Assembly (NCBI GenBank): GCA_963774265.1
Contig: CAVZDU010000003.1
Location: 64,001 to 128,000, forward strand
Reading direction: 5' to 3'
From: an uncultured Chloroflexia bacterium
GTDB lineage: Bacteria; Chloroflexota; Anaerolineae; CG2-30-64-16
DNA: 64,000 bases
This document shows positions 41,086 through 54,339 of the stretch, piece after piece. Positions within the stretch are counted from its first letter, which is position 1, and every line of letters begins with the position of its first letter. Position numbers and translations under genes: made by a program. The notes under the pieces were generated by a model, which was given only the letters and a program-made list of their open reading frames with translations, had not been told where the DNA came from and did not search any database.

Positions 41086-41412
41086 TTAGCCGATGCGCAA
41101 GACGAACAGCATCGGGATCACCAACACGAACGGAATGAAGAAGATAAAGGCGAACCACTTGCTGTCGTAGCGCAAGTGCATGAAGTACATGATCACCAAC
41201 AGCGCCTTGAAGACGGACAGCGACAGTAACACCGGCGCCTGCGGGATCTGGGGGACGTGGGTGATCCCCACCTCAACCGCGGTCAGCACCGCCAGCGAGA
41301 AGAACACCAGCAAATAGTTCGGATGGCTCTTGTGGAGCTTATCCGTCGGGACATTGACCGGATGAGTCGTGACGGGGTCGTTCTCAGTCATTGGTTGATG
41401 CTCGCTCATCAT
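41086..41412 (-). CDS. ctaF: Cytochrome c oxidase subunit IV
   Basis: LAVLTAVEV, KALLVIMYFMHLRY. Confidence 0.88.
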   Translation of the reverse strand: MMSEHQPMTENDPVTTHPVNVPTDKLHKSHPNYLLVFFSLAVLTAVEVGITHVPQIPQAPVLLSLSVFKALLVIMYFMHLRYDSKWFAFIFFIPFVLVIPMLFVLRIG

Positions 41413-41419
41413 GTTCGCC

Positions 41420-42009
41420 TCAAATCAGGTAGATGATCGTGAACAGGATGATCCACACGACGTCCACGAAGTGCCAATACAGACCGAAGATCTCGATCCG
41501 CATGTAGTTCGTCGACGAGAACCGCTCCTGCAGCGCCTCCCGCAGCAGCCCCGCGCACCACATCAGGCCGATGAAGACGTGCAGGCCGTGGAAGCCGGTC
41601 ACGGTGTAGAAGCCGCCGCCGAACAGGCTGCCCGAGGGCGTCAGGCCTTCGTGGATTAGCTGCGTGTACTCGAAAACCTGGACGCCCAGGAAGGTCGCGC
41701 CGAGGGCCAGCGTCGCCGCGAGATACAGCTTCAGCTTGCGTCCGGTCGCCGTTCCTGATGGCCTGCCAGGGCCAGCACGACGGTGGTGCTGCTGAAACGA
41801 TCAGGATGAACGTGTTGACGGCGGTGATGGGCACGTTCAGCACGTGGTTCGCGTCAGCCGGGCTGCGTCGCCTTCATCTGCAGGAATGCGCCGATCAGCG
41901 ACGAGAAGAGCATCACCTCGGTGGCCAGGAAGATCCACATGCCCAGCTTGCGGTTGTCGAGACCGGTGCTGGAGTTGGTGGGATCGGCGTGTTCGCTGAT
42001 CTGCTTCGC

Positions 42010-42013
<4 letters not shown>
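41420..42013 (-). CDS. coxC: Cytochrome c oxidase subunit III (several indels)
   Basis: GMWIFLATEVMLF, NTFILI, TGFHGLHV, GLYWHFVDVVW. Confidence 0.88.
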
Positions 42014-43654
<1,641 letters not shown>

Positions 43655-43666
43655 CGTCGCATCACC

Positions 43667-44743
43667 TCATTTCGTTGACAATAAGTACGAGACGAGCTTG
43701 TCTAGATCTTGCTTCGCAATCCTGAGGCCGTAGTCCTGCGGCATCAGGTTCGCCGGGAAGCCCTCGACGACGTGTGCGTTGGGCTTGACGATCGATTCGT
43801 GGGTGTACTCCTCGGCCGACTGACCCGGAACCCGGCTCCCCGCGACTGCGTTGAATCCATCCAGCTTGGGACCCAGGGCGCCAGCTGCGCCCGCGTCGGC
43901 CAGGGTGTGGCAGGCGTTGCAGCCGTTGTTGTTGAATAGCTGGCGTCCGGCGGCCAACGGGTCAGCGGCTGCGCTGGCGGCTTGGGTGGCTGTCGTTTGC
44001 TGGCTCGCGAGCCAGGCCCGGAAATCGGCATCCTGCTCCACGATGAGTTGCGCGCGCATCACCGCGTGCCCCGCGCCGCACAATTCGGTGCACACGATGG
44101 GGTATGCCCCCGGCTCGGTGCCGGTGATAAAGGTTTCGGTCACCCGGTCGGGCATGACGTCCTTCTTGATGCGCATATCGGGCACCCAGAAAGAATGGAT
44201 GACGTCATTGGAGCGCATCTTCAGGTGCACCTGGCGATCCACGGGGATGTGCAGCTCGGTCGAGGTCACGTCCTGCTCGGGGTAGTAGAACTGCCACGCG
44301 AACTGGATGCCTTTGACCTCCACGATCAGCGCATCAGCCTGTGGCTTCTCGATGTTGGCCAGCACCTGGTAGCTGGTGAAGCCGATGAAAAAAATGGTTA
44401 GTGCGGGGATAACGGTCCAGAAGAATTCCAGCTTCGTGTTGCCGCGCACGGGAGGGCCGTCGGTGTCGTCGTCCGGCTGCCGGCCAAATCGGATGACCGA
44501 GTAGAGCAGGAAGCCCTGGACGATGACGAAAACCACCGTGGCGATGCCAAGCGTCAGACCGAAAAGCCGGTCGATGGCTAACCCTTCGGCGGCCACAGAG
44601 CGATTGAGAAACGGATTGCTGATGCCCAACACAAGGCCGGCGACCACAGCTACGACGCCGATGACGATGGCCACGAGCCGGCTCGTCGTGTCGAACATGA
44701 CCGGCTGGCGGCCGGGCGCTTCAGGACCGGGGGCTTGTGACAT
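43667..44743 (-). CDS. coxB: Cytochrome c oxidase subunit II with fused cytochrome c (caa3-type)
   Basis: DVIHSFW, CTELCGAGHAVM (CuA), C-terminal CNACH..MP. Confidence 0.93.
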   Translation of the reverse strand: MSQAPGPEAPGRQPVMFDTTSRLVAIVIGVVAVVAGLVLGISNPFLNRSVAAEGLAIDRLFGLTLGIATVVFVIVQGFLLYSVIRFGRQPDDDTDGPPVRGNTKLEFFWTVIPALTIFFIGFTSYQVLANIEKPQADALIVEVKGIQFAWQFYYPEQDVTSTELHIPVDRQVHLKMRSNDVIHSFWVPDMRIKKDVMPDRVTETFITGTEPGAYPIVCTELCGAGHAVMRAQLIVEQDADFRAWLASQQTTATQAASAAADPLAAGRQLFNNNGCNACHTLADAGAAGALGPKLDGFNAVAGSRVPGQSAEEYTHESIVKPNAHVVEGFPANLMPQDYGLRIAKQDLDKLVSYLLSTK

Positions 44744-44902
44744 AGGGCGCATTCTCCACAAGAACAATCACCAGACGGTCTGCAATGGAACAAAATGGCC
44801 AACAGTGAACGGGTGCACAGTACCAGCACGAACAAGGATGTGCAGTAATTCACGTCACCGATTAACTTTAGCTTTCCTGATGTGCCCTGTCAAATTGCCG
44901 TA

Positions 44903-45679
44903 TCAGGTCTCGTGCCGGATGCGTCGCGTACGCTGGCTGCGCTGCTCGTACACGCCCACGTAGCCTGCCACCGCGATGAACGCGAACGCGAACCATTGGA
45001 TCGCGTATCCCATGTGCGACCCTTCATCCAGGCTGATCTCAGGCTGGGGCTTGGGAAACTGGCGCGGCTTCTCGCCAGGCCGCGTGTCCTCTTCCAGGAA
45101 GACGGTGAGCAAGGGATAGGGCAGTTGTTGGCGAATCTTCGGCAGGTCGACCCGGTGCCAAGCGTCGACGCGCGGACCCGTGAGAGAGGGTGATGGATCC
45201 TCGGGCGACATGCCGCGGCGGACCTGGCTCTTGCGCAGGATGCCGTACACTTCCACCTCACCTGACACATCGCGGAATTGTCCGCGATCGGCGGCCCCCG
45301 CGGATTCGTAGGGGATCCAGCCGCGGTCGATCAGGATTGCCGTGTCGCTGCCGGCGATGCGTAAGGGCGTGAGCACGTGAACGCCGGGAAAGTCGTTCCA
45401 CGTGCGGTTGCGCAGGACAACCTGCCGATCATAGTCATACGTCCCGCGTACGGTGGCGCGGCGCAGGTCGACCTCTTCGGGATCGAGCAACTCACCGGTG
45501 ATGACCAGGGCCGGCTCAGCCATCCGCGCCAGGATGAGCGCGTTGGCCGCGCGGCGCTCGCCCAGCCGTTCGATCTGCCAGGCGCCGAGCCGGACAAAGA
45601 GCCCCGCGAGCGCGAGGATCAGGAGGGTCGCCAGCAGCCACCAGCCGCGAAACGGTGAGGGTCGGGTCGTTAGTGTCAT
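44903..45679 (-). CDS. surf1: SURF1/Shy1-family protein
   Basis: LGAWQIER, VLTPL, IDRGWIP, HMGYAIQWF. Confidence 0.92.
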   Translation of the reverse strand: MTLTTRPSPFRGWWLLATLLILALAGLFVRLGAWQIERLGERRAANALILARMAEPALVITGELLDPEEVDLRRATVRGTYDYDRQVVLRNRTWNDFPGVHVLTPLRIAGSDTAILIDRGWIPYESAGAADRGQFRDVSGEVEVYGILRKSQVRRGMSPEDPSPSLTGPRVDAWHRVDLPKIRQQLPYPLLTVFLEEDTRPGEKPRQFPKPQPEISLDEGSHMGYAIQWFAFAFIAVAGYVGVYEQRSQRTRRIRHET

Positions 45680-45768
45680 CGTTCCTTGTTCACGTGAAGG
45701 CGCGAAGCCGCGAAGCTACGACTGATCATGCTCTGCGCGCTCTTCTCGGCTTTGCGTGCCACCCTCAG

Positions 45769-46368
45769 CTACGCCTGCCCCGCGGCCAACCTGCCATCCA
45801 ACCCCAGATCGCCGGCGACCACCTTCATCCCCTCCAGCACAATGCGCACGTGCTCCCAGGTGTCCAGTCCCAGCTCCGCCGCACCCTCCTCGATATCCTT
45901 CCGGTTCACCGCCGCGGCAAATACCTTGTCTTTCCACTTCTTCTTGACCGAGCTGACCTCGACATCAGCCAGGCTCTTGCTCGGACGCACATAGGCGACG
46001 GCCATGATCAGGCCGGTCAGTTCATCGCTGGCCCACAGAGCCGAGGCGAGCCTGGACCGCCGCGGGATGCCCAGGAAGGGCGCATGGCCGGCCACCGCCT
46101 CGATCATCTCTTCGGGATAGCCCCACTCACGGAACATCCGCAACGCGGTGCGCGGGTGTCCATCGACCGTATCGTCCATGTCCGGGTGCCGCTCGAAGTC
46201 CAGGTCGTGGAGCAGGGCCGTGACGCCCCAGAATTCCTCATCTTCGCCGAAATACCGGGCATACGCGCGCACCGCGGCCTCGACCGCGAGAACGTGTTTG
46301 CGCAGGCTCTCGCTTTGAATCCATTCCTGAACCAGTTCCCAGGCGACCGCTCGATCAGGTAAGTTCAT
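45769..46368 (-). CDS. HD-domain phosphohydrolase (HDIG-type)
   Basis: LRKHVLAVE, LLHDLDFE, SDELTG, FAAAVNR. Confidence 0.9.
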   Translation of the reverse strand: MNLPDRAVAWELVQEWIQSESLRKHVLAVEAAVRAYARYFGEDEEFWGVTALLHDLDFERHPDMDDTVDGHPRTALRMFREWGYPEEMIEAVAGHAPFLGIPRRSRLASALWASDELTGLIMAVAYVRPSKSLADVEVSSVKKKWKDKVFAAAVNRKDIEEGAAELGLDTWEHVRIVLEGMKVVAGDLGLDGRLAAGQA

Positions 46369-46481
46369 GGTTTTCCCCTTCTTCTTGATCACTATAGGTA
46401 CAGTATAATAACCTTATCTGTGCAGCCAACGCTTGTCAATTCTCCGTGCTGCTTGCGTTCGTGTGGTGGGAGAGTATTACG

Positions 46482-47111
46482 ATGATCAAAGTACTTATGG
46501 CGGATGATCACGCAATCGTTCGCAAGGGGTTGCGCCTGATTCTGACCGAAAGCGCGACCAGCTGCCAGGTCGAGGAAGCCGTCAACGGGCAGGAGGTCCT
46601 GAAGAAGGTCTACGAGGGTGCGTTCGACATCCTGGTCCTGGATATTTCTTTGCCCGATCGGAATGGACTTGATCTGGTGCGCGAGATTAAGAGCGTTAAG
46701 CCGAAACTGCCGATCCTGATGCTGAGCGCGCATCCTGAGGATCAGTATGCGGTGCGTGCGCTGAAGGCGGGCGTGTCCGGCTACGTCAACAAGGAAAGCG
46801 CACCCGACCAGCTCGTGCAGGCTATCGAGCGGATCGTGGCCGGAGGGCGATATATCAGCCCCAGCCTGGCGGAGATGCTGGCCGCGACGGTGGGCGGCGA
46901 CATCGACGGTCAGCCGCATGAGAGCCTGTCGGATCGTGAGTTCACGGTGCTCCTGCGGATCGGTGCGGGTCGGTCCGTGAGCGAAATTGCGGATGAGTTG
47001 GGCTTGAGCGTGAAGACCGTCAGCACTTATCGGGCTCGGATTCTGGAAAAGATGAATATGGAGAACAACGCGGGATTGATCCGATACGTCATCGATCACC
47101 GGTTGGTCTAG
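46482..47111 (+). CDS. NarL/UvrY-family response regulator (no adjacent kinase)
   Basis: ADDHAIVR, LVLDISLP, LSDRE, SVKTVSTYRAR. Confidence 0.95.
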   Translation: MIKVLMADDHAIVRKGLRLILTESATSCQVEEAVNGQEVLKKVYEGAFDILVLDISLPDRNGLDLVREIKSVKPKLPILMLSAHPEDQYAVRALKAGVSGYVNKESAPDQLVQAIERIVAGGRYISPSLAEMLAATVGGDIDGQPHESLSDREFTVLLRIGAGRSVSEIADELGLSVKTVSTYRARILEKMNMENNAGLIRYVIDHRLV

Positions 47112-47141
47112 CGGTTCGCTGCAAGGAGCGGAGTCAAGATA

Positions 47142-48476
47142 ATGGGCAAGCTGACCTGGATTGAAGAATGGCAGAATCGCGGCAGCGGAAGTGAGCCCGC
47201 GCCGGGCGCGGCCCCGGAGCCCTTCGCCGATTGGACCACGCGGCGCGTGATCACGGCCACGCTGGTCGTTCTGGCCACTGCCGCGGGATTCTGGCTGCTG
47301 TTCCGGTTTTATATGACGGTCTTCCTGTTCCTGGTCGCCGTGATGCTGGGCATCGCAACGAAGCCGGCGGTCGCCTGGCTGCAGAAGCGCGGGGTGCGCC
47401 CGCAGATCGGCGTCATCCTGATCTATCTGGCCTTGTTCGGGGTGCTGGCGCTCTTCCTTATGCTCGTGGCGCCTCTCCTTGCGGAACAAGCCACAGCACT
47501 GGTGGATAAGCTGCCGGAGCTCTACCGGAATTTGCGCCAGGCCCTCATCCTGTCGGACAATCGCTTCATTCAACGGGTGGCCCTGGGGTTGCCGATAACC
47601 GTCACGATCTCGATGCCGTCGGCTGCCGGCCCGCCTGCCGGGGGCGATGTGGGCGCCGCGCCTGCAATGGGCCAGGTCCTGGGAATCGTCGGGGGCGCGG
47701 CACAGGGGGTATTTATTCTGATCGCGATCCTGGTGTTGGCGTTCTTCTGGGTGCAAGAGGGCGAAGTGCTGGTCCGCCGCCTGCTGCTGTTGCTGCCGGT
47801 GGAAAAGCGCGAGGCGGCGCGAAATCTGTACACCGAGTTGGAAGGCAAGGTTGGCGCATACTTTCGCGGTCAGCTGATCCTGTGCGGGGTGGTCGGTGCG
47901 TTGAGCCTGGTTGGCTACCTGATCATTGGGCTGCCCTACGCAGTTGGCCTGGCGCTCATCATGGCTGTCACCGAGGCCATCCCCATGATCGGCCCAACCC
48001 TCGGTGCAATCCCCGCCATTTTGGTGGCCCTGACCGTTGCGCCCGACAAGGCGCTGTGGACGGTTGCCGTCGTCTTCGTCGTGCAGATGGCGGAGAATAA
48101 CCTGCTCGTGCCCCGCATCATGGACCGTTCGGTGGGCGTGAACCCCATCGTCACGATCCTGGGAATCACAGCGTTCGGCATACTGTTCGGCTTTGTCGGT
48201 GCGCTGCTGGCTGTGCCGCTGGCCGCGATGGTGCAAATCATCGCGTACCGCGCCATGTTCCGCGCTCCTACGCCGATCGATGTCGGCCGCAGCCGGGCAA
48301 GCGCTCTGCGCCTGGCCACGCAGGAGTTGATCCAGGATGTGCGGAAGTTGTCGCGCGGCGACCCGGACGTGGCGACCAAGATCGACCCGGCAGCGGCGCA
48401 GGCCGAAGAACTGCTGGAAGAGATCGCGCTTGATCTGGATAAGATTCTGGCCGGTGCGGAGGTTCAGTCAGCATGA
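47142..48476 (+). CDS. AI-2E (PerM) family transporter
   Basis: YFRGQL, IPMIGP, ENNLLVPRIM, GALLAVP. Confidence 0.9.
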   Translation: MGKLTWIEEWQNRGSGSEPAPGAAPEPFADWTTRRVITATLVVLATAAGFWLLFRFYMTVFLFLVAVMLGIATKPAVAWLQKRGVRPQIGVILIYLALFGVLALFLMLVAPLLAEQATALVDKLPELYRNLRQALILSDNRFIQRVALGLPITVTISMPSAAGPPAGGDVGAAPAMGQVLGIVGGAAQGVFILIAILVLAFFWVQEGEVLVRRLLLLLPVEKREAARNLYTELEGKVGAYFRGQLILCGVVGALSLVGYLIIGLPYAVGLALIMAVTEAIPMIGPTLGAIPAILVALTVAPDKALWTVAVVFVVQMAENNLLVPRIMDRSVGVNPIVTILGITAFGILFGFVGALLAVPLAAMVQIIAYRAMFRAPTPIDVGRSRASALRLATQELIQDVRKLSRGDPDVATKIDPAAAQAEELLEEIALDLDKILAGAEVQSA

Positions 48477-49655
48477 AACGCTTCGCCTTCTTTGTCTTTT
48501 TGATCTTCACGCTGCTACTGGCCGCAGTCGTCCTCTGGCGGTTGTCGAGCATCGTCTTTCTCGTGCTGGCTTCCTTGGCGATCGCATCTGCTGCGCGCGG
48601 GCCATTGGAGTGGCTCATGGATCGGCGTGTCCCGAGCGGCTTGGCTATGCTCGCGGTGTATGGCTCGATCTTGTTGGTGGTCGAGCGCGCTGGGCTATTT
48701 CCTGTACCAGGCCCTGGGTCGGGAGTTAGGGTCGATCACCGAGGACCTGAGCACGGTGTATCACACGATCGCCGTTCGATGGGGCGGCGCGGTGGTGCAG
48801 AACCTGCCTGCGCTGACCGCGCGGCTGCCCACCCCTGAGCAGATGGGTCAATTGCTGGCCAACGAGGAGCTGCCGGCGCTGCTCAAGGGGGTGGCAGGCA
48901 TGACCGGCGGGGTCGCCAATTTCCTGACTTACGCGAGCGTTGCGCTTATCCTGAGCATCTACTGGATTTCGGACCGTCAACGCTTTGAACGGCTGTTTCT
49001 TTCAACGCTACCCGCCTGGCGTAGAGCACGAGCCCGATCCCTCTGGTATGAGTTGGAAAACGGCGTGGGCGCCTACCTGCGCAGCGAACTCGTCCAGGGC
49101 ATCGTGGCTGCTCTGCTGCTCGCACCAGCTTTCTCCTTGATGGGGCTTAAATATCCGGTGTTCTGGGCATTGGCCGGCGCGCTGACGTGGTTCATCCCAT
49201 TGGTGGGTGCGCTGCTCTTTCTCATCCCGCTCTGGCTGATCGTGTTCGTGCAAAACGGCGTTTGGATCGCCACGTTGGCGGTTGTATACAGCTTGCTGAT
49301 TCTCTGGTTCCTGGAGTTCATCGTCGAGCGCCGGTTGTACACGCCGGAGGGGAGGAGTAACGTCCTGGTGCTGCTGGTCATGCTCATGATGACGGATGCG
49401 TTTGGGTTGATCGGCCTGCTGCTATCGCCTCCGCTGGCCATGGCGACCTATATCCTGGTCAGCCAGTTGATCGAACATGCGACGACGGTGGGACGCGCAG
49501 ACGGCGTGGTCCCGGGAGTTGAGGCGCTGGAGGGCCGCCTGGCGCAAGTACGCGGCACGATTGGCGAACTAGATGGGGGCGCCGCGCCTCGGCTGGCGAA
49601 CATGAGCGACCGGCTGGCTGATTTACTGGTTCGGTCCAGGGAGGTTGAGGGCTGA
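48473..49655 (+). CDS. AI-2E family transporter, second paralog (indel near 48685)
   Basis: YLRSEL, IPLVG, GLIGLLLSPP; overlaps upstream stop. Confidence 0.82.
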
Positions 49656-49815
49656 GGGTTTGCGTGTAGGACAAGTCGCACGTCCCAGGAGCAGGTTTTC
49701 CTACACGTGGCAGCGGCCTTCGCCGATAGTGCGCTTTGCCGAACTGCGATATCCTTGATCTGCAAAGAGCGAAGAATCTGTGAGTCGAAATTGGTAAATT
49801 GAGAAGGAACGAAAC

Positions 49816-50121
49816 ATGAACGAGGACGTATTGGCGGGTAAGTGGAAGCAGGTCAGGGGCGGCGTCAAGGCCGCATTCGCAAAGCTGACGGATGACGATA
49901 TCGCTGAGGTTGAGGGAAACAGCGAGCGCATGGTGGGCAAGCTGCAGGAGCGCTACGGCTACACTCGCAAAGACGCGGAGAGCGCATGGAACAAGTTCGT
50001 GAAGGGTGTTGATGCCGAGGTGGATCAGGCTGCAGCCGAGCGGCATGTAGATCGCGCAGCGGATCACGTGGAGAACGCCGTCGACGAGGCCAAGAGCGCC
50101 ATCCGTCGTGCGCTGAGCTAG
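49816..50121 (+). CDS. csbD: CsbD-family stress protein with C-terminal extension
   Basis: GKWKQVRG..KLTDDD..GKLQERYGY. Confidence 0.9.
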   Translation: MNEDVLAGKWKQVRGGVKAAFAKLTDDDIAEVEGNSERMVGKLQERYGYTRKDAESAWNKFVKGVDAEVDQAAAERHVDRAADHVENAVDEAKSAIRRALS

Positions 50122-50142
50122 CGCAGAACAAAACCACATAAC

Positions 50143-50182
50143 AGAGGGGGTGCAGGACGCCAATGTCCTGCACCCCTTTTTG
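50143..50182 (+). terminator. Intrinsic terminator between convergent csbD and rph
   Basis: GGGGTGCAGGAC-GCCAAT-GTCCTGCACCCC-TTTTT. Confidence 0.88.
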
Positions 50183-50230
50183 TTTGCGCCCTACAATATT
50201 GCCTTTTTCCCCGCCCAGGGGTGAACCGCA

Positions 50231-50952
50231 CTAATCCCGATCGTCCAGCACCGCCGTCTGTGCCCGCAGCAACTCTCCGACGCCCCCCGTTGCCAAATCC
50301 AGCAGCCGGCTAAGCATCGCGCGGTCGAACGGCCGGCCCTCTGCCGTACCCTGCACCTCGACAAACTGGCCGTCTCGATTCATGACGATGTTCATGTCCA
50401 TTTCGGCGCGGAAGTCCTCTGCATAGCACAGGTCCAGCAGCGGTTCACCATCGACGACACCTACGCTCACCGCAGCCACCGCAGGCAGCAAGACGCTCGC
50501 GTTGACCTGTCCGGCCTCGACTAGTTTCCGCGCTGCCAGCGCCAGCGCCACGTAGCCGCCTGTCACCGATGCAGTGCGGGTGCCGCCATCGGCCTGCAAC
50601 ACATCGCAGTCGACGATAATCTGGCGTCTGCCCAACTGGCGCAAGTCGACCGCCGCGCGCGCAGGCTTCGACCGATCAGCCGCCGGATCTCCTGGGTGCG
50701 CGCCTGGGGTGTCGTCTCACGCGAGGATCGCGTGTGCGTGCTGCGCGGGAGCATCGCGTATTCAGCCGTCACCCACCCCTTGTTGGCCGAGTCGCGCTCC
50801 ATCCACGGCGGCATGCGCTCATCCACCGTCGCGTTGCACAGCACCACCGTGTTCCCCTGGCTGATCAGCACCGAGCCTTCCGCATAGCGCGTGTAGCCGG
50901 GCTCCATCTTCACCGGGCGCAGTTGGTCGCGCCGCCGGCCATCTCCTCGCAT
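50231..50952 (-). CDS. rph: Ribonuclease PH (indel near 50655)
   Basis: [47 protein letters not shown]. Confidence 0.95.
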
Positions 50953-51096
50953 CTCTCCCTCCAGCCTGATCGTGACTTCTTATCCGCAATTCTACCACCC
51001 TTGATCCTTTCGGCGGTATAATGGAGCGCCCGCCGTGGCGGGCGGCCCGCTGCCTCCCGTGACGCGGCGCTGCGGCGGGGCCGTAAAGGAGAAGAC

Positions 51097-51888
51097 GTGA
51101 AACTGGATGTGCGTGCGTACAACCGTCAGGCATGGAATCGGCAGGTGGCTGAGGGCAACGAGTGGACCCGCCCCGTCACGCCGGAGGTCATCGCGCGTGC
51201 GCGTGCAGGCGACTGGTCGGTCGTCCTCACCGCGGTCAAACCCGTCCCTGCTTCGTGGTTCCCGCCCCTGGCGGGCAAGGACGTGTTGGGCCTGGCATGT
51301 GGCGGGGGCCAGCAGTGCCCCATATTCGCCGCTGCCGGCGCACGCGTCACGGTGTTCGACAACTCCCCCGCGCAACTCGGCCGGGATCGCGAAGTGGCTG
51401 AGCGCGAAGGGCTGGCTGTGCGCACCGTTGAGGGGGACATGGTTCACTTGTCCGTATTTGCCGATAAGTCCTTCGATCTGATCTTTCACCCGGTTTCCAA
51501 CCTCTTTTCGTCGGCGGTCCGGCCAGTCTACCGCGAGGCCTATCGCGTCCTGCGCCCGGGGGGCGTGCTGCTTACCGGCTTTATGAACCCCGACATCTTC
51601 ATCTTTGACCGCGACGTCGTCGACCGCACGGGGGCACTGGTGGTCCGCTACACCTTGCCCTACAGCGACCTGGCGCATCTCCCTGCCGATCAGCTTCAGG
51701 CCGCGATGGATCAGGGCTTGCCCCTGGAGCACAGCCATACCCTGCAGGATCAGATAGGGGGGCAATGTGACGCCGGCCTCGTGATCACGGCCCTCTACGA
51801 AGATCGTTACGCACCCGAAGTCGGCGACATTCCGTCGCGCTATATGCCTTGCTTCTACGCCACACGCGCGATCAAACCTGGTTGCTGA
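51097..51888 (+). CDS. Class I SAM-dependent methyltransferase
   Basis: VLGLACGGGQQ, FDLIFHPVSN, RVLRPGG. Confidence 0.9.
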   Translation: MKLDVRAYNRQAWNRQVAEGNEWTRPVTPEVIARARAGDWSVVLTAVKPVPASWFPPLAGKDVLGLACGGGQQCPIFAAAGARVTVFDNSPAQLGRDREVAEREGLAVRTVEGDMVHLSVFADKSFDLIFHPVSNLFSSAVRPVYREAYRVLRPGGVLLTGFMNPDIFIFDRDVVDRTGALVVRYTLPYSDLAHLPADQLQAAMDQGLPLEHSHTLQDQIGGQCDAGLVITALYEDRYAPEVGDIPSRYMPCFYATRAIKPGC

Positions 51889-51899
51889 GAGGATCACTC

Positions 51900-53589
51900 A
51901 TGGAGTTCAAGTTCGACACATATCTCAATTATGCCCAGCTCACTGAGCGCCTGGCCGTGCTCGCTGCAGATCACCCGGCCATCATGGCCCTCTCCGTCCT
52001 GGGAAAATCCCACGAGGGCCGCGAGATCCCGCTCGTTGTCCTGACCAACCGGGAGACCGGCCCGGACACGGAGAAGCCCGCTTTCTGGATCGACGCCAAC
52101 ATCCACGCCACCGAGCTTACCGCGTCGATGACGGCGCTGCACCTCATCACACGGCTGGTCGACGGTTATGGCACGGTCCCCACGATCACGCGCATCCTGG
52201 ATGAGCAGGTCGTCTACGTGGTGCCGCGGCTCAATCCCGACGGCGTGGAGCTCGCGCTCGCCAGCCCGCCCAAATACGTCCGCTCGAGCACCCGGCCATA
52301 CCCGTTCGAGGACAAGAAGGACGGCCTGCACGCTGAGGACATCGACGGCGACGGCCGCATCCTGCAGATGCGGATCGCAGATCCCGCAGGCGACTGGAAG
52401 GTCTCGGACCGTGACCCGCGACTGATGGTCAAGCGTGCGCCGGACGAGTCCGGCGGAACTTACTACCGCATCTTCCCCGAGGGCCTGATCGAGAACTACG
52501 ACGGCCACCTGATCACCATCGCGCCGCCCCTTCAGGGCCTCGACTTCAACCGCAACTTCCCCGGCGCGTGGCGGCCCGAGGGCGAGCAGCACGGCGCGGG
52601 TGATTTTCCCGGCTCTGAGCCGGAGATTCGCGCGGTCATCGAGTTCATGGCGAGCCATCCGAACATCTACGGCGCAATCACCTATCACACCTACAGCCGC
52701 GCGATCCTGCGTCCTTACGGCACGAAATCCGACGACGAGATGGATACCGAATGACAAGTGGGTTTACGAGGCGATCACCGAGCGCGGCACGGAGCTCACC
52801 GGCTATCCGTCCGTCTCCGTGTACCATCATTTCCGCTATCACCCAAAGGAAGTCATCACGGGCGTTTTCGATGACTGGCTCTACGATCACAAAGGCATTT
52901 TTGCGCTCACCGTGGAGCTGTGGGACCTGGCCACCGCGGCGGGTGTGGAGGAGAAGAGCAAAGAGAAGAAGTTCATAGACTGGTTCCGCAAACACCCGGT
53001 CGCGGACGACTACAAGATCCTGGACTACGTGAACGAACACGCGCCCGACGCGCTGGTCCCCTGGCGCGAGTTCGACCACCCGCAGCTCGGTAAGGTGGAG
53101 CTCGGTGGCTGGCATACCCTCTACTCGTGGCGCAACCCGCCGCACGCGCTGCTCGAGGCTGAGGTCAAGCCGCAGGCCGACTTTGCGATCAGCTTTATCA
53201 GCCTCGCGCCCCGCCTAGCCTGGCGCGACGTCGTCGTGACGCCCTTGGGCGAAGGCACGTATCATCTCCTGGCCGTGGTCGAGAACCTGGGCTTCCTGCC
53301 CACCCACGTGGCCGAGCAGGCGCTCAAGATGAAAGCCGTGCAACCTGTCCGTCTGGAGCTGGTGCTGCCCGATGGCGCGACGCTGGTCGGCGGCAAGATC
53401 AAGCAGGAGATCGGCCAGTTGCAGGGCCGCTCGAACAAGATGGATATGGCCTACAACGGCGTATCGCCCACGGACAACCGCGGCAAGGCCGAGTGGGTGG
53501 TGGCCGCGCCCAAGGGTGCGACGCTCAAGCTGAGCGCCATCTCCGAGCGTGGCGGCGTCCTGCGCCGCGATGTGACCCTGGGAGCGTAG
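51900..53589 (+). CDS. M14-family zinc carboxypeptidase (indel near 52750)
   Basis: IHATE, LNPDG, DFNRNF, SEPE, YHTY, TVELW. Confidence 0.9.
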
Positions 53590-53592
53590 CCC

Positions 53593-54240
53593 GTGCTTAT
53601 CCCCTTCCAGCGGCTGACCGCGGAACAGTTGGCCCGCGTGATCGCGATCTATGAAGAAGCGCTTGCAGCCCCCTGGGAATGGCCCGTCGAGCGTTTTCAC
53701 GAGATTGCGAGGACGCCCGACTCGCCGTTTTGGGCCATGGCAGCATTGGAAGGGGACAACCCGGCGGGTTTCATCATCAACGAATACCTGCCCGTCGGTG
53801 GGCTGTGGTATATCCATTATTTTGCCGTTCGGGCCGACCTGCGGGGGCAGGGTTGGGGCTCCCGCATCCTCACCGCCAGCCTTCCCATCGGTGAGGATGC
53901 TGCCTTGCGGCACGGCCATGCCGGCTGCACCGGCACGCTGCTCGAGGCTGTCGCCTTTGCCGGCCTGACGCCGGGTGGCAAACGCCGGATGGGCGTTCGC
54001 CGTCAGGAGTTCTACCGCCGTCATGGCGCGATCGTCACCGGCGCACAGTACCCTCGCCCGCCCGACGCATCGCCCGACATGCCTGACTTCGACCTGCTTT
54101 TCGTCCCCGGGCGAGCCTGGGATGGCCGACTGGACAACGCATTCCGCCGCAGACTCATCCGCTCGTTGGTGGTTGAGGGCTACGGCGTGCCGGAGGACGC
54201 TGCGTGGCTGCAGGCTAAACTGGCGTGCTACGAGGATTGA
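53593..54240 (+). CDS. GNAT-family acetyltransferase
   Basis: YFAVRADLRGQGWGS, RRQEFYRRHG. Confidence 0.85.
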   Translation: MLIPFQRLTAEQLARVIAIYEEALAAPWEWPVERFHEIARTPDSPFWAMAALEGDNPAGFIINEYLPVGGLWYIHYFAVRADLRGQGWGSRILTASLPIGEDAALRHGHAGCTGTLLEAVAFAGLTPGGKRRMGVRRQEFYRRHGAIVTGAQYPRPPDASPDMPDFDLLFVPGRAWDGRLDNAFRRRLIRSLVVEGYGVPEDAAWLQAKLACYED

Positions 54241-54254
54241 GCTGGAATCAACCG

Positions 54255-54284
54255 TTGCCTTGCATTTCCGCGCTGTGGTATAAT
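54255..54284 (+). promoter_or_regulatory. Putative sigma70 promoter
   Basis: TTGCCT-N18-TATAAT with TGn extension. Confidence 0.6.
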
Positions 54285-54339
54285 CACCTTGCCACGGTCC
54301 GCTGCGCCCTGGCGCGGGGGAGACTATCGGAGGGTGGAC

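Noticed and set aside
46392-48236. Long antisense ORFs (614 aa here; also 33792-35567, 53215-54720, 26741-28114)
   Set aside because: Shadows of well-supported genes on the opposite strand in high-GC DNA; no motifs.
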